From: Candidatus Hermodarchaeota archaeon
Lineage (GTDB): Archaea; Asgardarchaeota; Lokiarchaeia; Sigyniarchaeales; SOKP01
Reading direction: 5' to 3'
Assembly (NCBI GenBank): GCA_048885925.1
Contig: JBHLLG010000004.1
Span: forward strand, 32,001-96,000
Length of the DNA: 64,000 nt
Position 1 is the stretch's first letter; each line of letters begins with the position of its first letter. This document shows, piece by piece, positions 30,144 to 40,496 of the stretch. A program made the translations under genes and the position numbers. A model generated the notes under the pieces. It was not told the origin of the DNA and did not search any database. It saw only the letters and a list, made by a program, of their open reading frames with translations.

Positions 30144-30186
30144 GTAACCATTATAAATTATTAGAAAAGAAAGAAAATTATCTTTC

Positions 30187-30744
30187 GTGATTTTTATGAT
30201 TTCAGAAAAATTAAAGCTTGATGATATAGATAGGCAAATTATTTCTCTTGTTCAAGAGGATCCAAACCTGACACACACAGAGATAGCTACTAAAATAAAT
30301 AGATCGCAACCAACTGTCGGTATGCGTATAAAGAAGCTGGAAAAAAACGGAATATTGCAATTCCAGCCGGGAATCAATTTTAAGAAAGTTGATTTAAATC
30401 TCGCCACAGTTGAGATAAATTCTAATAATCCTGAAGAAATTATGGATATGGCTAAACACTGTCCTTTTATGCTCAATGCATTTAAACTCACTGGTGATCA
30501 TAATGTTTGTATTTTACTTGCTAGTTCAAAGCTTCAAAAGCTTGATAATATTGTAAATTACCATTTTCGGAATAATCCTGATATAAGCAGTGTTTCTATG
30601 GAAATTGTCCTTGATTTTGCAAAGGATTTCGTTTTACCAATTGATTTTGATTCGGAAGAACATGATCCAACCTTGGAAAATGGTTGTGGGGAAGCATGTA
30701 AATATAAAATTGCCAAAGCAAAAGGTTTGGTAAAAAATTCTTAA
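30187..30744 (+). CDS. Lrp/AsnC-family regulator
   Basis: LDDIDRQII HTH, SQPTVGMRIKKL, CPF, tail CGEAC. Confidence 0.9.
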   Translation: MIFMISEKLKLDDIDRQIISLVQEDPNLTHTEIATKINRSQPTVGMRIKKLEKNGILQFQPGINFKKVDLNLATVEINSNNPEEIMDMAKHCPFMLNAFKLTGDHNVCILLASSKLQKLDNIVNYHFRNNPDISSVSMEIVLDFAKDFVLPIDFDSEEHDPTLENGCGEACKYKIAKAKGLVKNS

Positions 30745-30818
30745 GAGTTAATATGTTTTATTAACTTTTTATGATTTTATTTAATTTCCATAATAAAGTA
30801 AATTAGAATAAAAAATAG

Positions 30819-31394
30819 TTAATCTACTTCTTCCTTATCTTCTTGAGTAAATTTAAATTTTGGAAGATCAGCTTTCATCGAGCAATCTGGCCCACAATAT
30901 CTTCCATCGAAATTCTCAATTTGAAAATCTATAGGGACAACAAAATCATGAATTGCTTCAATCAAGATGTTTGTTTTTACATTAATCACATTTTTATCTC
31001 TTCGAAAACATAAATCTACAAGTTTTTCAATAGTTTGTAAGTCTGAAGCAGCGATAAAGCATAGTAGGTTAAACTCCCCAGAAATTTTAAATGCGTGATT
31101 GATAAATGGGCAGTTTTCAATCTTTTTAACGATATTGTCAACATCTTTAGTAGATATGTAAACAATCGCAACTTTTATATCAACTTTCCTTATATTGAAA
31201 CCTACTTGTTTAGTAAGCAAATTCTTTCTCTCTAATTTAATAATCCGAGCACCTACAGCTGGTTGAGATTTATCTATTTCTTTAGCAATATCACTATGAG
31301 TTATATCTGGATTTTTTTCAATCATTTCGATGATTTTCTTATCGTCATTGTCTATGCTTAGTAACTCATTAAAATTTTTTTTCTTCATATCCAT
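30819..31394 (-). CDS. Lrp/AsnC-family regulator
   Basis: IDNDDKKII HTH, SQPAVGARIIKL, CPF, tail CGPDC. Confidence 0.9.
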   Translation of the reverse strand: MDMKKKNFNELLSIDNDDKKIIEMIEKNPDITHSDIAKEIDKSQPAVGARIIKLERKNLLTKQVGFNIRKVDIKVAIVYISTKDVDNIVKKIENCPFINHAFKISGEFNLLCFIAASDLQTIEKLVDLCFRRDKNVINVKTNILIEAIHDFVVPIDFQIENFDGRYCGPDCSMKADLPKFKFTQEDKEEVD

Positions 31395-31552
31395 TATATT
31401 TCATAACCTCAAATTAATTTAAACTTAGTTTTAATAAATATAAATCTTTATAAAGAGTCCAATTTAAGTAAATAAGAAAACTCATACTATTTATTTTGTT
31501 TTATAAATTTCAGATTTTTACACGACTTTAAGATTAAAACTATTGTATTTAA

Positions 31553-32515
31553 TTACAAAACATTTGTAAAGATGTTAATAATAATTATTATTGTAGAAAA
31601 TCCAATTAATCCAATTAAGAATTTCATTGGATTTCCCTTCTCTTTTTCAGGGATGACTTCCCTTACAATAACATATAAAATTACCCCAGAGATGAAAGAA
31701 TAGAATATAAACAGAAGTTCTAAATTAACGGGTATAAATGAATTTATTATTAATCCAATTAAAATACCGGTTAGCGCGGAACCACAGGATATGTACATAA
31801 GAATCGGTTTTTTCTCAAGTCTTTTTTCTTCATAGATTTCCAAATCGGTAAATATAAGATGTGCTTCAGATCTTTTTGTAACAACAGTTCTAAAAAAGGC
31901 ATAGATAAAGAAAAGTATGCCTCCAACAAGCTCAATGATTAATAATCCTATTAAAATAATACCAACAAGAAAGTGGTAAATATAGTCTGTTATAAATCTA
32001 AATCTCGTTAAATCTTCATTAACATGGTTTTGAATTTTTATTTTGTAATTGTTTATTTCTATTTTCATTCCTTCTTCTTGTTCATTTAATTCAGATAATG
32101 TTCGAGCTATTTCTTTTAATGCGGGTTCGTCTAAATTTTCGCGTGTTAATTCTTGAGTTAGAATTTTTTCCATATTTCGCTCAACACTTTCTAATACTTT
32201 TTCTTTTGCGAGCAATTTCCTCATTTTTTTTTGAGTATGTATTTCAACTTTCTGTAGAATAAGCTTTTCACTTAGATGAATAAAAGAAAACCCAATTAGT
32301 ACAAAGAGATATTCGAATAATTTTAATTCGAAAGGAAAAACTGGTAATCTTTCGGCAATTTCAGGAAGGACTATAAGGAAAAAATACGACACTGATATTC
32401 CGGCAATTAAAGACGCATGTGCTTGAATAAGTTTTTGCTCAAAATAATCTGCGATAAAAAAAAAAATACCAAATACTATAGCAAGAATTGTAACTATTAT
32501 TAAATTAACACTCAT
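31553..32515 (-). CDS. ZIP-transporter-like membrane protein with coiled-coil insertion
   Basis: AGISVSYFFLIVLPE and SGVILYVIVREVIPE resemble ZIP TM motifs; charged helical insert in the middle. Confidence 0.6.
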   Translation of the reverse strand: MSVNLIIVTILAIVFGIFFFIADYFEQKLIQAHASLIAGISVSYFFLIVLPEIAERLPVFPFELKLFEYLFVLIGFSFIHLSEKLILQKVEIHTQKKMRKLLAKEKVLESVERNMEKILTQELTRENLDEPALKEIARTLSELNEQEEGMKIEINNYKIKIQNHVNEDLTRFRFITDYIYHFLVGIILIGLLIIELVGGILFFIYAFFRTVVTKRSEAHLIFTDLEIYEEKRLEKKPILMYISCGSALTGILIGLIINSFIPVNLELLFIFYSFISGVILYVIVREVIPEKEKGNPMKFLIGLIGFSTIIIIINIFTNVL

Positions 32516-32628
32516 TAATATTGAAAATAGATTTAAAATTTTATAAATGTGTAGTAATAAATTAAATTATAATATTTGTTCTGATTTTAATAAAAATATA
32601 GGAAATAAAGTTTCACAGGTGTAATTTC

Positions 32629-33504
32629 ATAGAGTTCCTAATAATCACTTCAGCTGAAGATAAAGCGTCAATGAATATACGAAAAAATTTTTTAAACTCT
32701 AAATTCTACAATTTCGAAGATATGAATTTTACCTGGCATAACAATCCAGTCTTTAAATTGAAAACTGATGTTCCTGAAAATAAAATATTTCTTGGGCTTA
32801 CAGATGATTCTTTGATATTTTTAAATTCTCTAAAGTTAGATGATTCCGAGTTAAATCCAGATTTACTTATTTTTGCTAGTCGCCACACCTCAGAAACAGG
32901 TCGACCAGCATTTTTAGTACATACAACGGGGAATTGGAGCACAGAAGCGGATTTTGGAGGAGATCCTCGTGAATTATCAAAAACAAGCGCATTATTACAG
33001 AAAGCGGCAGTTTTTTCATTTGCTGAACAAGAATTTCCAACACAATTAAAAAATTTCTCTCTTGATATTGAAGTCACACATCATGGACCTACAAATTTGG
33101 AGAAACCATTGATATTTATGGAATTGGGAAGCAGTGAAGTTGAATGGATTATGAATAACGCCGGAGAGTTAATTACAAAATCAATCATTACTACCATATT
33201 CAAATATTTAGAATGTAGGGAAAGAAGGATTGGAAATATCGGATTAGGATTCGGTGGAACTCATTATGCTCCAAATTTTCATCGATTGATTAAAAATAAA
33301 GACGTAGCAATGTCATTTATTTGTCCTAAATATTATATACAACAATTGGATGAAGAATTAATAAATAAAATGATTAATAATACTCTTGAAAAGGTTGATT
33401 ATTTCATAATAGATTGGAAAGGTACTAATTCTGATGATAAGAAATATCTAATACCTCTTTTGGAAAATTTCAAAATCCCGATAAGGAAGACAAAAGAGTT
33501 CTAA
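32629..33504 (+). CDS. dtdA: Archaeal D-aminoacyl-tRNA deacylase; start extended to ATA 32629 (ORF track start 32671)
   Basis: FASRHTS, VHTTGN, EVTHHGPT, FMELGS, GFGGTHYAP; the N-terminal LIITSAEDKASMNI lies upstream of the ATG. Confidence 0.88.
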   Translation: MEFLIITSAEDKASMNIRKNFLNSKFYNFEDMNFTWHNNPVFKLKTDVPENKIFLGLTDDSLIFLNSLKLDDSELNPDLLIFASRHTSETGRPAFLVHTTGNWSTEADFGGDPRELSKTSALLQKAAVFSFAEQEFPTQLKNFSLDIEVTHHGPTNLEKPLIFMELGSSEVEWIMNNAGELITKSIITTIFKYLECRERRIGNIGLGFGGTHYAPNFHRLIKNKDVAMSFICPKYYIQQLDEELINKMINNTLEKVDYFIIDWKGTNSDDKKYLIPLLENFKIPIRKTKEF

Positions 33505-33547
33505 ATGTTTAGAATTAATAAAATTTACCTAGGATTATTTTCTTCTT

Positions 33548-34426
33548 CTACTTCTTTTTCTCTTGTTCTTCCTTAATTTTTTCAAAATATTTTACTAAAT
33601 TTTTAAAAACATAATTAGTTGCTGAAAAACCTTGAGTGGCCGTTCTTAGTAGAATTTTCTGAAGAAAATCATAATATGGCACATCCTGATCTAGAGTAAC
33701 ATTTAATTCTCTAATATTGAAAAAACTCCTATAAAATAACGTTGGCCAGTCCACTAATGGTTGAAGTACTTGACTATAATGTTTTTTTCCTTCTTTACTT
33801 AGCTCTAATTCTTTTTTTAACTGATAATGATATTCATTTCCTTTTTTATTAATAAATATTATGCCATCAGATTCAATTTCTTTCATAAGATTATTAAAAT
33901 CAGTTAATTTTATATCTGAAATGTTCAATTTTTTTAAATTCTCTAGTATTTCGTTGTTTGTCATACCAATTGACTTAATCATTTGATAATGTCTAGCTAT
34001 TATATTGTATTTCAATGGGACGGATTCATGATCTAATTTATTATATTGTATTAGATTGCCTAGGATTTCTTTTGATATTAGATATTTTAAAATAAGTTGA
34101 TCTTCTTCCGAAAAATCCTTTTTGAATAAATCAGAATTAAGATATATACCATATAAAGTTTGTAATAATGTCTTAACTGCATAAAATCCATCAAGTGTTG
34201 CTTGTTCAACGATTTTTAAAACATTAATTCTGTATTCTATATCATTTAAGAATTTATCTTTATCAAGCGGTATTTGACGGACAATATGAGGTTTTTCATT
34301 TAAAGGCTGTAAATATTCTTCCCATTTTTTTTTTAAACGAGGAGATTGGGTTTTTACGATGGTAGAGAGTTTATATACAACATCTAAAAGTTTATTTAGA
34401 AATTCCATTTCAGAAACCTGAGTCAT
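33548..34426 (-). CDS. Hypothetical protein, possible winged-helix segment
   Basis: 292-aa ORF, no motif recognised with confidence. Confidence 0.7.
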   Translation of the reverse strand: MTQVSEMEFLNKLLDVVYKLSTIVKTQSPRLKKKWEEYLQPLNEKPHIVRQIPLDKDKFLNDIEYRINVLKIVEQATLDGFYAVKTLLQTLYGIYLNSDLFKKDFSEEDQLILKYLISKEILGNLIQYNKLDHESVPLKYNIIARHYQMIKSIGMTNNEILENLKKLNISDIKLTDFNNLMKEIESDGIIFINKKGNEYHYQLKKELELSKEGKKHYSQVLQPLVDWPTLFYRSFFNIRELNVTLDQDVPYYDFLQKILLRTATQGFSATNYVFKNLVKYFEKIKEEQEKKK

Positions 34427-34772
34427 CCTCTAAATACCTTAACCATATTTCTATTTTTTTAAATTACTAAGAATATTATCATTTATATGTTTTATAAATT
34501 TTCAATAAAAACTATAATTAATATTAATTTGAATAAACAATTATATTATTGTAGTTATTATAGAAATATTACATAATTTAAACGCCTTTTCCTTAGAAAT
34601 CTTGATCAATTTTTCGCAAAATTTTATTATATATTCAATTTACAATATTTACTTTTAATTTTAAAAAATGATATAAATTATATACTAAGATCTTAAATAA
34701 ATCAATATCTGATTTTTGTCTTTATATAAATTAGGAAAAAATGAAAATTATATTAGATAAGGATTAGTTAGT

Positions 34773-35171
34773 ATGAATGAAAAAACTTTAGAACATATAG
34801 CTATTGCTTCAAATAACGAATTTGAATCTGATAAGTTTTTTATTGAATTATTAGGTTTTGAAAAAATTAGAACTTTCACAGTCTCAGCTGAGTTGATAGA
34901 AAAATTTTTTGGTATAAGTAAAGAACATAAAATTTTAAGATATGAAAAAGGATCTCTTAGTTTTGAAGTCTTTATAACTAATGATAAAAGTAGATCAAAT
35001 GACATTTTTACACATTCTTGTTTATTAATAGAAAATCGAGATGAGTTTGTTATTAAAGCAAAATCAATGGGATTTGAGGCTATTAAAGTTCCGAGAAAAG
35101 ATAGCGATAACTATTATCTTTTTATTAAAGATAACTTTCATAATCTTTATGAAATAAAGGAAAAGGTATAA
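34773..35171 (+). CDS. VOC/glyoxalase-family protein
   Basis: EHIAIA...FFIELLGF, THSCL, FIKDNFHNLYEI. Confidence 0.85.
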   Translation: MNEKTLEHIAIASNNEFESDKFFIELLGFEKIRTFTVSAELIEKFFGISKEHKILRYEKGSLSFEVFITNDKSRSNDIFTHSCLLIENRDEFVIKAKSMGFEAIKVPRKDSDNYYLFIKDNFHNLYEIKEKV

Positions 35172-35182
35172 TTGGATTAATT

Positions 35183-35602
35183 CTATTTATTTAAAATTCC
35201 TGAGGTTTTAATTATTTCCATATGATCAAAAGCTAGTTTCAAAGAAGCAATATTTGATATGGAAATAATTTCTAGAGCAGCAGCATCGTCTTTAGCTTTT
35301 GGCTTTTCATTTTTTGTCAATGGTTCACATAGAAAAGCAATAGTTATGGTGTGACCCCTTGGATCACGTTTAGGGTCTGAAAAAACACCTATAAGTTTAA
35401 CGATTTTAACATTTATATTAGTTTCTTCTTCTACTTCACGGATACAGGCATCTTCTACTGTTTCTCCAATATCTACAAATCCACCGGGTAAAGCATATTC
35501 TCCTTGGAAAGGAGGATACTTTCTACGTATTAAAATAATATTATTTTTCTCATATAAAATTACAGCATCAACAGTTAACAAAGGTGTCTTAGGGGGAGGC
35601 AT
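35183..35602 (-). CDS. NUDIX hydrolase
   Basis: Nudix box GGFVDIGETVEDACIREVEEET, RDPRGH, LAFDH. Confidence 0.95.
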   Translation of the reverse strand: MPPPKTPLLTVDAVILYEKNNIILIRRKYPPFQGEYALPGGFVDIGETVEDACIREVEEETNINVKIVKLIGVFSDPKRDPRGHTITIAFLCEPLTKNEKPKAKDDAAALEIISISNIASLKLAFDHMEIIKTSGILNK

Positions 35603-35644
35603 ATTATATCCTTTAGTTAAATAACCTCTTATTACTTTTTAATA

Positions 35645-36466
35645 TTATTCATCCCAGACCTTAGATGCGAGTAAATGTTCAATTCTAGCTTTCCTTGGTC
35701 TTATGAATTCTGTATGATGTTCTTTACGTTCTAATAATAAACTCTTCTCTAGATTAACAGAATTAACCATATAAACTTCCAAGTCTCCTTCATTCAGATA
35801 AATATGATTAAAACTTGGTGTATCATCTGCGCGAACCTTATTTGATGTAGAAGTGCCACAATAAAGAAAGGTGGTATTGAATGAATTTTTCCAATTTATT
35901 ACATACGCATGAGGAACATGACGATGTCCCATTAATACTAAATCTATTCCAAATACTTGAGTAAATTCTATAATTTCTCCAGCATCACGAACAGTCGTGA
36001 ATTTTTGGCCAGACATTGGAATTGGGATTAAATGATGATGTAGTGCCAGAATTCTATTTTCTAAATTCTTATTAAAACATCTTCCAGCCCAATCCAATTG
36101 CTCGTCACCAATCATTCCCTCACTCATATCATCTCGAGAAGAATTCAGTCCTACTATAATCGTATCTTTATCATCAAGAAGTAATCGTGAACGTCTTGGG
36201 CCAATAAATTTTTCAAAAAAGATTAATCCTGAATTTTTAGAATCATGATTTCCTGGTATTGCTAAAAAGTTAGTAATTTCTTTAATTTTGTCAAGATATG
36301 GACGAGCTGCTTGAAATTGAACAACTCTACCCTTGTGAACTATATCTCCAGTACAGACAACAACATCAGGTCGAGTTTGTTTAACATATTGAATTACATT
36401 CTCAATATACTGTACTACAAAATCACTTCCAAAATGTAAATCTGAGATTTGTATTATTTCAATCAA
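35645..36466 (-). CDS. Calcineurin-like metallophosphoesterase (CpdA-like)
   Basis: SDLH, TGD, PGNHD, LHHH, GHRH. Confidence 0.92.
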   Translation of the reverse strand: MIEIIQISDLHFGSDFVVQYIENVIQYVKQTRPDVVVCTGDIVHKGRVVQFQAARPYLDKIKEITNFLAIPGNHDSKNSGLIFFEKFIGPRRSRLLLDDKDTIIVGLNSSRDDMSEGMIGDEQLDWAGRCFNKNLENRILALHHHLIPIPMSGQKFTTVRDAGEIIEFTQVFGIDLVLMGHRHVPHAYVINWKNSFNTTFLYCGTSTSNKVRADDTPSFNHIYLNEGDLEVYMVNSVNLEKSLLLERKEHHTEFIRPRKARIEHLLASKVWDE

Positions 36467-36628
36467 TTTCTTACACCCTCTTCATTTAAATTCATAGTCA
36501 AAATGAAAGTTTCTATTATTTATAAACTAAATTTAATAATAACTATTAAATTTAAAATCTTTTTAGTGCTGAATTTAAAATTAATTAAAACTGAAAAATA
36601 AGAATAGATAAATCCAAATAAAAAAATA

Positions 36629-36775
36629 TTAAGAAGTTTGTAGTAAATTTTTACGTTCATATATTATTTGTTCAAGGTCATTTTTGGTTCGACAACTAGA
36701 ACAAATACCCTCAACGTAAATAAAACGATTTGTTCTACATTGAGGACAATAAAACTCTTCATAAATTGCTTTCAT
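36629..36775 (-). CDS. Small zinc-ribbon protein, 48 aa (not in ORF track)
   Basis: MKAIYEEFYCPQCRTNRFIYVEGICSSCRTKNDLEQIIYERKNLLQTS; two CxxC. Confidence 0.65.
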   Translation of the reverse strand: MKAIYEEFYCPQCRTNRFIYVEGICSSCRTKNDLEQIIYERKNLLQTS

Positions 36776-36904
36776 ACTTAATTAGATCAAGAGAGTAAAA
36801 AAATTTAAGCTCTTTCGATATAATATATAAAGAATATATAATCTATATAGAGAAAATTAAAGAATTTTTTAGAAAATTCAAAAAACTTTACGAATGAATA
36901 TAGA

Positions 36905-39892
36905 TTATCTTTTTCCTGTTTCCTTTTCCTTTTCAAAAAATCTTTTATAAAAATGATTTATAATATCATTAGTTGGGCCATTTTCCTTATCAATAAATCC
37001 TTGACCATAATCGTATTTTCCCCCTCCTTTTCCCTTAAAATGAGCAGTCTCTTCCTTAATAAAGTCACCCATATTAAAATTAGTAAGTTTTGCAGCTGTT
37101 CGATCAACCATTCCTGTTACGGCTGTACCTTTATTACTTTCATTAAAGAATAGAGTTATTGTATTATCTGAATATTTCATTACATTGGAGCTAATATTTT
37201 GAATATCCTTTTGATCTAAATTAGTAAAAGTTGCAGTTATTAATTTCGAATTCTTGAAAACTTTACTATCTTTAATTAATTTATCTGCATAGTCTTTACT
37301 TAAATATTCTTCAACTTTTCTTAATTTGTTAATTGCTTCATTCCATTCAGAATAAAATTTTCGTACTTTATTTGGAATACTTTCTTTTTTTGTATTTAAA
37401 AATTGAGAAACTTCTGACAACACATCACCTTCAAATGTTTCTGAAGAAGTTAAAAGTAAATCTTGCTCATCTACTTTGCCAGATTTAAGTGCTTTATTGA
37501 CATTTTTCCACTTTTCAAGTAACTCTTTTACACGTCCTACAAGTTGTTTACGATCAACTTTTAATATACCTTTTAGTTCCTCAAGAATCCTTTTATGTTT
37601 TTCTTTTAGCTTATCAGTGGCGCTCCCTGCGACAAATGTTAACCTAACAATACCATCTTGAATCTTTTGTGATTTTGTAATATGAATATAGCCTGTTTCT
37701 GAAGTATTATTTAAATGAGTACCTCCACATGCTTCAACATCTACTCCTGGAATATCAACGATTCTTAAGTTCTTACCTGGTACTGCACCACCTTGATATA
37801 TAGTCATGCCATATTTTTTTTCTGCTTCTGAACGTGGAATAAAACTTAGATTAAGATCTAATTTTTGTTCTACTATTTTGTTTGCTTTTTTTTCAATTTC
37901 AAGAATTTTTTCTTTTGGAATCTGTTCATAGTGAGTTATATCTAAATGTGAGTTTTTTAAAGTCTTTCGAGCACCTGCTTGATTAACGTGACTACCTAAA
38001 ACTTCACGAGCGGCAGCATTAACGATATGTGTGGCAGTGTGATGTTGAGATAGTTGTTGACGCCATTTTTTATCTACCTCTAACTTTACTATATCACCAA
38101 CTTTAAATGTAGGTTTGTTATTTAAGACATGTACAACATAATTACCTTGCTTGAACACATCATTGAATTTTTGATTATTTATTTTTCCTACATCATGTAA
38201 CTGACCACCAGAAGTAGGATATGCTACAGATTGATCTAAAATAACCATATTATCAAATATTTTCAATACTTTTGCTTCATTAGTAGTTTCGGTATAATCA
38301 TAATAGTATAGCGATCTTGTTTCAGGAATATCTTTCAAGTCAAGTTCAATTTCCTTTCCTGTGGCATGAATTTGTTCTAACTTTTCATGTTTTTCAACAA
38401 CTAAATTATAGAAATTCTCAGGGATTTTGACTTTTACTCCATATTTTCTAGCTGTTATCTTGACCATATCAGGACTTATACCGTTAGAATCATATAATTC
38501 TATCAAAAGATCATTAGAAATTTCCCCTTTCTCCAATACTTTTTCTAAAATTTTTCCTGCTTTTTCTTTTGTAGCATAAAATTTATCTTTTTCCACATTT
38601 AAGATCTCTCTTATTTCACTTAAATGTTCTGATACTTCAGGAAATAAGTCTTTTAATTCTTCGGCGTGCCATACACATACATCAGCCATATCAATATTCC
38701 ATTTGAATTTGTCAATGTAACTGATTGCTCGCCTAAAAATAACTCTTAAATTATATCCACCTCCTACGTTCGAAGGTAATTTTCCATCATTTATTCCGAA
38801 GAGTAAAGTTCTAGCATGTTCTGCAATAGAATAAACTGCTGTCATTGGCATAATCTTACTTTTAAGATCTTTTACACCTAGATTTAGTTCAACAGCCACG
38901 CGATTCCATGCTTCATCCATGTCCTCGACTTCATCAACATTCAAATAAGCAGAATATTTAGAGAATTTATTATATAATTCTAAATCTAATTCTATATTTG
39001 TAATCTCTCTTAACTTTGATAATACAAATGGAAAAATAGCTTCATACATATTTGGAGTTCCTTGAGAAAACCATGCAACACGTTCTTGACCTAAACCCAT
39101 ATCAAGAACTTTGAGTTTCAATTCTCTTGGTCCATCTGGAGTTTGTTCAAACATTGTATAAACTTGATTAAATAATTCTACACCCCTACTAAAGAATTCA
39201 AGACTACAACCGAAAGATCCTCCACCTGCCCATGAATCTTCATGGATGGTAATCTCTTCTTTAGCAAGTCCTACTCCTTTATGTATGAAATCGTGTATAT
39301 CCATGAAAAGTTCACTTTGATTCCATTCTTCAGGTGTTACAAATGTGTGTTGCCCAATCATTACGAAACCAGTGTTATGGGCCCCTGTTATCCCAACATT
39401 TTCGATATCATTAAATCTCAAACAAAATTGAGGTATTATTAACTTTTTAGCTGGGGGTTCTACTTCACCAGTTATGACATAAGGTTGAAAGGCTGAAATT
39501 GATGCAATAGTGAATTCCGACGTAGGGTTCCATCTAGCTACACAGGGATACCTTTTAATAGGAACGTAACCCCGAGGTTCTAAAATCTCAACAATTTTCT
39601 CCCAAACTCCAATAAAGGAGAGTTTTACCTCAGAGGGATTATCTATAACGACATTAAAACCTCCTGAACAAGTGGGATCTCCACATACCTTTCGTAGCTT
39701 AAGAGTTGTCCAAAAGAATTTCCCACAGCATTCACAGTTCTTTCTCATATATCCTAGCTCTCGAAGTTCCTTTGTAGGAAAATAAGCGTCAGGATTTTTT
39801 GAAGCAATCTTTTTAAAAATTTGCTTTAACTCTTTATCAGTATGAGCGTTCTTTAGTTCTAACTTTTCTTTTTCTGAGAGCACTTTAATCAA
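36905..39892 (-). CDS. alaS: Alanyl-tRNA synthetase, archaeal type
   Basis: N-terminal Zn ribbon CECCGKFFWT...CGDPTC, QFCLRFNDIENVG, DMGLGQER, editing HTATH and CGGTH, C-Ala GKGGG. Confidence 0.97.
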   Translation of the reverse strand: MIKVLSEKEKLELKNAHTDKELKQIFKKIASKNPDAYFPTKELRELGYMRKNCECCGKFFWTTLKLRKVCGDPTCSGGFNVVIDNPSEVKLSFIGVWEKIVEILEPRGYVPIKRYPCVARWNPTSEFTIASISAFQPYVITGEVEPPAKKLIIPQFCLRFNDIENVGITGAHNTGFVMIGQHTFVTPEEWNQSELFMDIHDFIHKGVGLAKEEITIHEDSWAGGGSFGCSLEFFSRGVELFNQVYTMFEQTPDGPRELKLKVLDMGLGQERVAWFSQGTPNMYEAIFPFVLSKLREITNIELDLELYNKFSKYSAYLNVDEVEDMDEAWNRVAVELNLGVKDLKSKIMPMTAVYSIAEHARTLLFGINDGKLPSNVGGGYNLRVIFRRAISYIDKFKWNIDMADVCVWHAEELKDLFPEVSEHLSEIREILNVEKDKFYATKEKAGKILEKVLEKGEISNDLLIELYDSNGISPDMVKITARKYGVKVKIPENFYNLVVEKHEKLEQIHATGKEIELDLKDIPETRSLYYYDYTETTNEAKVLKIFDNMVILDQSVAYPTSGGQLHDVGKINNQKFNDVFKQGNYVVHVLNNKPTFKVGDIVKLEVDKKWRQQLSQHHTATHIVNAAAREVLGSHVNQAGARKTLKNSHLDITHYEQIPKEKILEIEKKANKIVEQKLDLNLSFIPRSEAEKKYGMTIYQGGAVPGKNLRIVDIPGVDVEACGGTHLNNTSETGYIHITKSQKIQDGIVRLTFVAGSATDKLKEKHKRILEELKGILKVDRKQLVGRVKELLEKWKNVNKALKSGKVDEQDLLLTSSETFEGDVLSEVSQFLNTKKESIPNKVRKFYSEWNEAINKLRKVEEYLSKDYADKLIKDSKVFKNSKLITATFTNLDQKDIQNISSNVMKYSDNTITLFFNESNKGTAVTGMVDRTAAKLTNFNMGDFIKEETAHFKGKGGGKYDYGQGFIDKENGPTNDIINHFYKRFFEKEKETGKR

Positions 39893-40126
39893 ATTATGAT
39901 AATCAATACTACATTATAAAATAATTAAGAAAATTATAATTCTCGTATAATAATTTCAATAAAAATTTCATTTCTTAACAATTTTACTATAAATTATCTT
40001 AATAAAGCCTCTAATAAAAAAATGAACCGTTATCTATATTACTCTACTGATAAAGCTTTTAAACTATTGAATTAATGTTTACATACAAAATATCTAATTT
40101 TGAATTATAAATAAGGTAGAAATCAA

Positions 40127-40429
40127 ATGGCTCATATGTTAGTTACAGCTTGGTATCCACCAAATAAGGCGCAAGAATTACTGAAGGTCTATATGTCTAA
40201 AGATAAACCAAAATACCCTGATTTCGTAAAGAAAATTCATCACTGGACTGTAGTCGCATCAGATGGGCATTATAAAACGTATGCTGTTTATGAATACCCA
40301 GATGATAAAATGAAGGAAACATTTAAGGCAATTGGAAAGAGATACACTTTATATGCAACAGTGGAAGGTTACAGATACTATCCTGAATTACTAATGGATG
40401 CTGAAGAAATGATTAAGATTTTTCTTTAA
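40127..40429 (+). CDS. Small hypothetical protein
   Basis: 100-aa ORF with AAGGT RBS-like element and downstream T-tract. Confidence 0.7.
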   Translation: MAHMLVTAWYPPNKAQELLKVYMSKDKPKYPDFVKKIHHWTVVASDGHYKTYAVYEYPDDKMKETFKAIGKRYTLYATVEGYRYYPELLMDAEEMIKIFL

Positions 40430-40496
40430 AATTAATAAATTATTCTTTAATTAAACATTAAATTTTTTTTTATGTTTTAAGTAAAATCGGATATCT

